A DNA stretch of 64,000 nucleotides from Salinivirgaceae bacterium (GTDB lineage: Bacteria; Bacteroidota; Bacteroidia; Bacteroidales; SZUA-534), in contig JAFZKK010000123.1 in the NCBI GenBank assembly GCA_017551905.1, forward strand, positions 853 through 64,852. Reading direction: 5' to 3'. The position numbers and the translations under genes are program-made. The notes beneath the pieces are model-generated. The model was not told the DNA's origin, searched no databases, and worked only from the letters and a program-made list of their open reading frames with translations. Shown in pieces: positions 58,381-64,000 of the stretch (its first letter is position 1; every line of letters starts with the position of its first letter).

Positions 58381-59928
58381 TTATTTTCCCCAATTATCCC
58401 TGTCCAAACTGCGGTATTGGATGGCCTCGGCAAGGTGCTCGGGTTTGATTTCGGGCTCGCCGGCAAGGTCGGCAATGGTGCGCGAAACTTTCAGAATGCG
58501 GTCATAGGCGCGGGCCGACATTCCCGTCTTTTCCATAGCCATTTTAATCATCTTTTGGCATTCTGCATCAAGCACACAGTATTTGCGGATAAGCCTCGCA
58601 TTCATTTGTGCGTTGCAGTGCACGCCTTGGTAATCGGCAAAACGCTCCTGCTGGATGGCACGTGCTTTGGTAACGCGCTCGCGAATTTGGGCGCTCGTTT
58701 CCAATTGCTCACGGCCCGACAGTTTGTCGAACGGCACAGGCACTACCTCAATATGAATATCGATGCGGTCGAGTAGCGGACCCGAAATGCGGCTCATATA
58801 CTTTTGACGCATCATCGGGGTGCAGGTGCACTCTTTTTCGGGATGGTTGTAATAGCCGCACGGACACGGGTTCATACTGGCTACAAGCATAAAACTGGCA
58901 GGATATTCAACGGTGAACCGAGCACGAGAGATGGTTATCACGCGGTCCTCAAGCGGCTGACGCATTACTTCGAGCACAGTACGCTGAAATTCAGGCAACT
59001 CGTCAAGAAACAGAACGCCATTGTGGGCTAACGAAATCTCGCCCGGCTGCGGAAATGTGCCGCCGCCAACAAGCGCTACATCGCTGATGGTGTGGTGCGG
59101 CGAGCGGAACGGACGTTTAGTCATCAGACTGGTGTCCTTGTCAATCTTTCCGGCCACCGAGTGTATCTTTGTGGTTTCCAGAGCCTCGTGTAGCGTGAAT
59201 GGCGGTAGAATCGACGGCAGACGTTTTGCCAACATCGTCTTGCCAGCTCCCGGCGGACCAATCATTATCACATTATGGCCTCCAGCCGCTGCTATCTCCA
59301 TCGCGCGTTTCACGTTCTCTTGTCCGCGAACATCGGCAAAATCTGAATCCCAATGGTTTACGCTATTGGCGAACTCCTCTCGAGTGTTCACAACGGTCGG
59401 CTCAAGCTGTTGCTTACCGTTAAAGAAATCGGCCACTTCGCGGATATTTGACACTCCATAAACTTCAAGATTGTTGACCACAGCGGCCTCGCGGGCGTTC
59501 TGCTTTGGCAAAATAAAACCTTTGAAACCCTCCTCACGAGCTTTGATGGCGATAGGCAGTGCGCCTTTTATAGGCTGTAAACTGCCATCGAGCGAGAGTT
59601 CGCCCATAATCACATAATCATCAAGTTGTGCGGCATCAACTTGCTCCGATGCCGCCAAGATGCCAACGGCAAGCGGAAGGTCGTAAGCCGAACCCTCTTT
59701 GCGGATATCGGCAGGAGCCATATTGATAACTATCTTCTTGTATGGATACTGAAAACCGCTGTTTTTGAGCGCAGCATTAATGCGAGGCTGACTTTCCTTA
59801 ACCGCGTTATCGGGCAGACCGACAAGATGAAAAGCCACACCAGACGATATATTGACCTCAATTGTTATGGTTATGGCATCAATCCCGAAAACAGCCGAGC
59901 CGTATGTTTTTACAAGCGAATCTCCCAT
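58381..59928 (-). CDS. comM: YifB/ComM Mg-chelatase-like AAA+ ATPase
   Basis: VGLPDNAVKES, GPPGAGKTML, PGEISLAHNGVLFLDE, NPCPCG and SGPLLDRID motifs. Confidence 0.93.
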   Translation of the reverse strand: MGDSLVKTYGSAVFGIDAITITIEVNISSGVAFHLVGLPDNAVKESQPRINAALKNSGFQYPYKKIVINMAPADIRKEGSAYDLPLAVGILAASEQVDAAQLDDYVIMGELSLDGSLQPIKGALPIAIKAREEGFKGFILPKQNAREAAVVNNLEVYGVSNIREVADFFNGKQQLEPTVVNTREEFANSVNHWDSDFADVRGQENVKRAMEIAAAGGHNVIMIGPPGAGKTMLAKRLPSILPPFTLHEALETTKIHSVAGKIDKDTSLMTKRPFRSPHHTISDVALVGGGTFPQPGEISLAHNGVLFLDELPEFQRTVLEVMRQPLEDRVITISRARFTVEYPASFMLVASMNPCPCGYYNHPEKECTCTPMMRQKYMSRISGPLLDRIDIHIEVVPVPFDKLSGREQLETSAQIRERVTKARAIQQERFADYQGVHCNAQMNARLIRKYCVLDAECQKMIKMAMEKTGMSARAYDRILKVSRTIADLAGEPEIKPEHLAEAIQYRSLDRDNWGK

Positions 59929-59940
59929 TATTTCTGATTT

Positions 59941-60540
59941 TTATCGCAGGCCGAAAGTCTCGCCTGTTTTATAGTCGTATTGAACCAACCCGATACCCGA
60001 AGCCAGATAGATGCAATAAATCTTCGTATTGACATTGCTAATTGTATCTATTTCAACCTTTAAGACATCGTTATAGGTTTTGCCGCCAATCTGCAATCCG
60101 CTGTAATGCTCGGCACCCACAGGCGCGCCTTCTTTCATTATATCGAACTCGAAATAATCGAGCCCCAGAGGCACATAATAGCTGCTGAGCGTTCCGTAGT
60201 GATAAAACTCTATCATATAATGGGTGCGGAGTTTCAGGTTCTGCGACGAGCAACGAATCTGGATATTGTTCACCGAATCGATATCGGAATTGCTGTACGC
60301 CTTGCATTCGCAGATGGTCGATTCGTTGGTATTTATGGTGTAGTGCGATGTGCTGTAAACATCGTTGAACACAAAAGTTTGTGTGGCATTTCCGCATTCA
60401 AAAGTCCGCTGCTCGCCTTCGGCATAAGGAATCCACGCCATGCGAGCCGATGGGAAAGACGGGCAGTCGGTTCGTTTTGTGCAGGCCGCCGCAATCAACA
60501 CAACAGCGAACGGTAAAATAGTACGTATCTTCATAATCAT
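59941..60540 (-). CDS. Hypothetical lipoprotein
   Basis: Lipobox AAAC; beta-rich; no family recognised. Confidence 0.65.
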   Translation of the reverse strand: MIMKIRTILPFAVVLIAAACTKRTDCPSFPSARMAWIPYAEGEQRTFECGNATQTFVFNDVYSTSHYTINTNESTICECKAYSNSDIDSVNNIQIRCSSQNLKLRTHYMIEFYHYGTLSSYYVPLGLDYFEFDIMKEGAPVGAEHYSGLQIGGKTYNDVLKVEIDTISNVNTKIYCIYLASGIGLVQYDYKTGETFGLR

Positions 60541-61643
60541 TCTTCAGTTAAAAGCGAGCGAATCCATTGCACGTCTTCTTTCAGATGAGTTGCGCCCGAA
60601 ACCGAGTAGCGTTTCGAGAATTTGGCGTCCCAAAACCATTTTTCGAGCGTTTTCTGATGCTCGGGATAGATGGTTCCGCTGCCAGCCGTGAAGAAGTAAT
60701 ACTGCAATGTCGGAATCAGATTATGATAAAAGGCAAGGTCGCCCGAGATGCGCATTTTTTTCAGGAAATCTAGCGTGCTGATAAGCGCCGTCCGTGTGCG
60801 CGGCCATATCTTCTGACAGATGTCGGGAGTGAGTTTTAGCTGATAGAGGCTGCGGGCGTCGTCGAAGGCATTGAGCGTAAGCGACAGCGTGAAGACCTTC
60901 TCGCTCAAGCGGCCAACTTGCTTCATGCGCGCCGGTGTGTTGAAATCGTCGATGTTCTGCTTCAGGTCGAACTTCTCGCTCCAAGTGGTGGCGTGCACAA
61001 GGTCGAAAACGGTTAGGTGCTTGCCGCCTTGGTTGATGCGCTCGAAAATCTCCACCACATCGTCAACATCAGTGTTGGTTGTCAGAACGATACTCATCGG
61101 GTAGTTGACAAAAATGTCGCGGCACTGCTGCCAATTCTCGACAACCTTCTTTTGGTTGCGCATCTTGCTTTTTTCAAGCTCGGCAAGCGTTTCAGTAAAA
61201 GCATCCTTGTCAATTATCCGCCAGGCCGGGATGTTGTATTTCTCGCGCTGGCTTCGTGGTATCAAGAACTCGCACCGCTCCGGATTGAAACATATTGTCG
61301 CATAGTCGACATCGCCCATATTCTTTCCCTTGAGCGCGGCAAAGAGCGACATTATGCGCTGCTGACCGTCCAAAATGAACTGAAAATCGCCCTCGGTTTT
61401 GGTGTCGTCAATGCCATCGATGTCGAACGGACGGATGAAGAAGGCGTATTTGGCCGGAGCCTTCCAAAAGAACAGCGAGCCGATAGGATACTGATTGTAA
61501 ATGGAATTGAGCAACTTCACAACTTTCGATTTCTCCCAGATGTAATCGCGCTGAAAACGAGGAATTTTAATGTTTCCGGCCTGCAACTCATCAAGTAGCC
61601 GCTGCAAAGTCCAGTCGCCTATTATGTTAAGTTTTTGTTCCAT
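60537..61643 (-). CDS. DUF262 (ParB-like, GmrS-type) domain protein without an evident nuclease domain
   Basis: IPRFQRDYIW, YPIGSL, ILDGQQR and IFERINQGG motifs. Start at 61643 or 61664. Confidence 0.85.
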   Translation of the reverse strand: MEQKLNIIGDWTLQRLLDELQAGNIKIPRFQRDYIWEKSKVVKLLNSIYNQYPIGSLFFWKAPAKYAFFIRPFDIDGIDDTKTEGDFQFILDGQQRIMSLFAALKGKNMGDVDYATICFNPERCEFLIPRSQREKYNIPAWRIIDKDAFTETLAELEKSKMRNQKKVVENWQQCRDIFVNYPMSIVLTTNTDVDDVVEIFERINQGGKHLTVFDLVHATTWSEKFDLKQNIDDFNTPARMKQVGRLSEKVFTLSLTLNAFDDARSLYQLKLTPDICQKIWPRTRTALISTLDFLKKMRISGDLAFYHNLIPTLQYYFFTAGSGTIYPEHQKTLEKWFWDAKFSKRYSVSGATHLKEDVQWIRSLLTEE

Positions 61644-61731
61644 TTGAAATGTTTTTTGTTTCACAATTATACGGTTTTATTTTCAAAAGGCGCAAAGAGG
61701 AACGGAAAATGAAAGACATGATTTGAAAAAT

Positions 61732-61775
61732 AAAAAACGCCAACCCGCATCGGTGCAGATTGGCGTTTGTTTTTT
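61732..61775. terminator. secG terminator
   Basis: AAAAAACGCCAA...TTGGCGTTTGTTTTT hairpin 12 nt after the secG stop. Confidence 0.75.
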
Positions 61776-61787
61776 CCGTTTGGATTC

Positions 61788-62129
61788 TTATTCGGCGCTT
61801 TGCTCCATTGCCGGTGCTGTGGCCGGGAAGTTGTTCTGCTGCATGAACGGGTCGGCAGCTTCGTCAATCTTCTCTTGAATGACACTGCTGTTTGCGTCAA
61901 TCTCGTCACGGTTGATTGATGCTGCGGCAAGAATGCAGAGAACAAACAATGTTCCGGCTAATCCCCAAGTGAATTTCTCCAGGAAGTCGGTTGTCTTGCG
62001 GACACCCATAACCTGATTCGCACTTGAAAAGTTTGCGGTCAAACCGCCACCTTTTGAGTTTTGTACCAGAACAGTGAGTATTATCAGAATACAAACCAAG
62101 AAAATAAGAACGGTGATGATTGTAAACAT
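61788..62129 (-). CDS. secG: Preprotein translocase subunit SecG
   Basis: VLVQNSKGGGL and TTDFLEKFTW motifs; two TM helices. Confidence 0.94.
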   Translation of the reverse strand: MFTIITVLIFLVCILIILTVLVQNSKGGGLTANFSSANQVMGVRKTTDFLEKFTWGLAGTLFVLCILAAASINRDEIDANSSVIQEKIDEAADPFMQQNNFPATAPAMEQSAE

Positions 62130-62138
62130 TTCCTTAAA

Positions 62139-62915
62139 TTATTTATTGTTAATGATTTCGTTTATTTCTCGAATTCGAGCCGCAAAGTAAACTTTTTTTT
62201 GTGGATATTTCAAACATAATTTTTCGTAAATCAGCAACGCTTTCTCGTAATGGCCTTGCGACACGTTAATTTTCGCAAGCGTTTCCGTCATAAGACCGGT
62301 GTCGTTGGCCGAGTTGTTATCTGAAATATTGGTGTCAGCAGCTGTTTCTACGCCCGCAACATCAGCCGTTTCTCCCTGATTCTCACCCATTTTGCTCATA
62401 AGCGATTGTTTGAATCCTATTTCAGAGAATTTGTCGAGCAGTTCGTCTTGATGCGATTTCTTTGCGTCGGGGCTAATAGCGTTTTGGGTGGCCTGTTTGT
62501 CCAAATCTTGCTTTTGTTTTACTTCGGCCGCAGCAGCCATAATCAGCTTGTCCAATTCGGCCTTCGCCTTCTCAGCCGCAGTCAGCCTCGGCTTAAAGCC
62601 GGCAGCAGCCTCAAGCGCGCGAAAATCGAAGAACTCCTCCTCTACTGCCCTTTGCGACGGCTCGGCATCGTGCTTTATTATGACGCGCTCGTTGAGCAGG
62701 AAAAACAGCTTTGTGCGGTTGGTCACAAAAATCGCGTTCTCGCGCAGAATCTTGTCGTAGTTAGAATATCCCTGATTACGAAAATTCTTGACATACAGCA
62801 TTCTGGCAGACTGAAAGAACGGATATTCATTAACCATTCCTTCAATCTCAGCAAGCTCGCGGTCGCCCATATTCTCGGGGCTACGCATATATGCCAACAG
62901 TTTCTCCTTATTCAT
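62139..62915 (-). CDS. TPR-containing protein conserved upstream of secG
   Basis: YPFFQSARMLY N-terminus; MTETLAKI..QGHYEKA..Y..L.LKYP.K..YFA C-terminus. Confidence 0.8.
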   Translation of the reverse strand: MNKEKLLAYMRSPENMGDRELAEIEGMVNEYPFFQSARMLYVKNFRNQGYSNYDKILRENAIFVTNRTKLFFLLNERVIIKHDAEPSQRAVEEEFFDFRALEAAAGFKPRLTAAEKAKAELDKLIMAAAAEVKQKQDLDKQATQNAISPDAKKSHQDELLDKFSEIGFKQSLMSKMGENQGETADVAGVETAADTNISDNNSANDTGLMTETLAKINVSQGHYEKALLIYEKLCLKYPQKKVYFAARIREINEIINNK

Positions 62916-62929
62916 AACCAACTCACAAT

Positions 62930-63430
62930 CTACCAGTTAACAACCGATTTTGTAAATATGTCGTCAATCAGGTCTTCTATAATCAACGTAACAAGCTGGT
63001 CTTCAACATCCGACAGGCTGTTCTGGCTGTCGTAGTCCTGATAGCGCGAGAAGCTACTGTCGAAATTCGCCTTGGGGTCCTTATTGTTCACAAATTTAAC
63101 TTTGACCGATACCGAAAGCCTGTTCTGCGAAGCGATGTCACCGCTTTTGATTGCGACTGGCTGTGTGTTATAGTCGGTTATTGTGCCTTCGAAGTAAAGG
63201 TCGGCGTTCTCGTCACCAATCTTCAGCGATGTCTGGTTCACAAACTTATCTTTCAACGCCTCAGTCAGTTCGTTGCTCAGCGACGGATTGACAAGCGGCG
63301 CCATGTTTCTGAAATCGGCAATAAAAACCGTCTTGGCATCGGGCGGAATAGAAGCTCCTGTAAACGAATACTTTATCGTGCATCCCGACGTCATGGCAAT
63401 TATTGATATGAAAAGCAGCAGTTTGCGCAT
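62930..63430 (-). CDS. lptE: LptE-family LPS assembly lipoprotein
   Basis: Lipobox TSGC, YSFTGASI, terminal VVNW; Bacteroidetes sigma54-activator/lptE/TPR/secG synteny. Confidence 0.82.
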   Translation of the reverse strand: MRKLLLFISIIAMTSGCTIKYSFTGASIPPDAKTVFIADFRNMAPLVNPSLSNELTEALKDKFVNQTSLKIGDENADLYFEGTITDYNTQPVAIKSGDIASQNRLSVSVKVKFVNNKDPKANFDSSFSRYQDYDSQNSLSDVEDQLVTLIIEDLIDDIFTKSVVNW

Positions 63431-63483
63431 TTAAGTTATATGTTCTTAAAGTTTTGAGTTATAAGTTTTTAAACTTCGTTTAT

Positions 63484-63515
63484 AATTCAATCATTCAGTT
63501 AATCAATCATTCTGT
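63484..63515. repeat. 8-bp tandem intergenic repeat
   Basis: AATTCAAT CATTCAGT TAATCAAT CATTCTGT; related to 5437-5468. Confidence 0.6.
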
Positions 63516-63523
63516 AATTATCT

Positions 63524-64000
63524 CTATTCCAGATTGTGTTCCCTGATTTTGCGGTAGAGTGTGCGTTCCGAAATTCCCAAATCCTCGGCGGCGTATTTGC
63601 GCTTGCCGTTGTGCTTCTGCAACGCCTTGCGAATCATCTCCACCTCCTTGTCCTCAAGCGAAAGCGACTCCTCAACAAACTCTTCGGTGTCCTGAATATG
63701 CGAGGCTGGGTGCTTATCGTTGTTGTGAGTGATAATTATCTGCGGCTCATCGGCATTGCCAAAGTTGGTTTTGCTATCAGAATAGATGCTTTGGATGATG
63801 CGCGCATGGTCCTTCGACAGCTGCCCGTGGTCGCCGTTTTGCTCCATAAGGTCGTGCACCAGCCGTTTCAGGTCGTTCATATCGTTTTTCATATCGAAAA
63901 GCACCTTGTACAGAATCTCGCGTTCCGAAGCAAACGACTGTTCGTCGGCATGACCGAACACTGCAGGCAGATGAGCGTTCTCACTTTCAGGCAGATAACG
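63524..64000 (-). CDS. Sigma-54-dependent Fis-family transcriptional regulator, C-terminal part (runs off window end)
   Basis: EREILYKVLFDM and Fis HTH ALQKHNGKRKYAAEDLGISERTLYRKI; frame is open to 64000. Confidence 0.85.
   Translation of the reverse strand, partial: RYLPESENAHLPAVFGHADEQSFASEREILYKVLFDMKNDMNDLKRLVHDLMEQNGDHGQLSKDHARIIQSIYSDSKTNFGNADEPQIIITHNNDKHPASHIQDTEEFVEESLSLEDKEVEMIRKALQKHNGKRKYAAEDLGISERTLYRKIREHNLE

Noticed and set aside
58381-59928. comM as an integration site for a mobile element
   Set aside because: The gene is intact, with no duplicated fragment or adjacent recombinase.

Overview
Chromosomal window from a Bacteroidota bacterium, probably Bacteroidales (TAnnTTTG promoter elements, gldH, a PorE-like gene, T9SS C-terminal sorting signals). 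Both ends are housekeeping: pyrH, deoC, pyrF-prfA-purM-purD-kdsB on the left; porE-like, rsfS-ftsH-cdsA-psd, a small ferredoxin, manA, groESL, trmB-gldH-PSP1-rdgB-coaD, comM and secG-lptE on the right. The central ~30 kb is accessory and contains two paralogue arrays. (1) At 9832-21407, five tandem receptor-like phosphatases share the layout signal peptide, TPR sensor, one TM helix, coiled coil and SpoIIE/PP2C domain. Their sensors are divergent, their catalytic domains are near-identical, their linkers differ by whole heptads (6, 10, 5, 7, 7), and hexamer repeats fill the spacers. (2) At 27570-39494, four BspA-like LRR proteins have near-identical signal peptides and T9SS CTDs but different catalytic cargo: metzincin-like, peptidase C10, alpha/beta hydrolase and DUF1566/CLec-like. 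Three of the four CTD coding regions carry a GTAG-type REP palindrome in frame at the same site; the fourth lacks it. No tRNA, rRNA, CRISPR array, transposase, integrase or reverse transcriptase was recognised. All calls come from motif recognition by eye; no searches were run.
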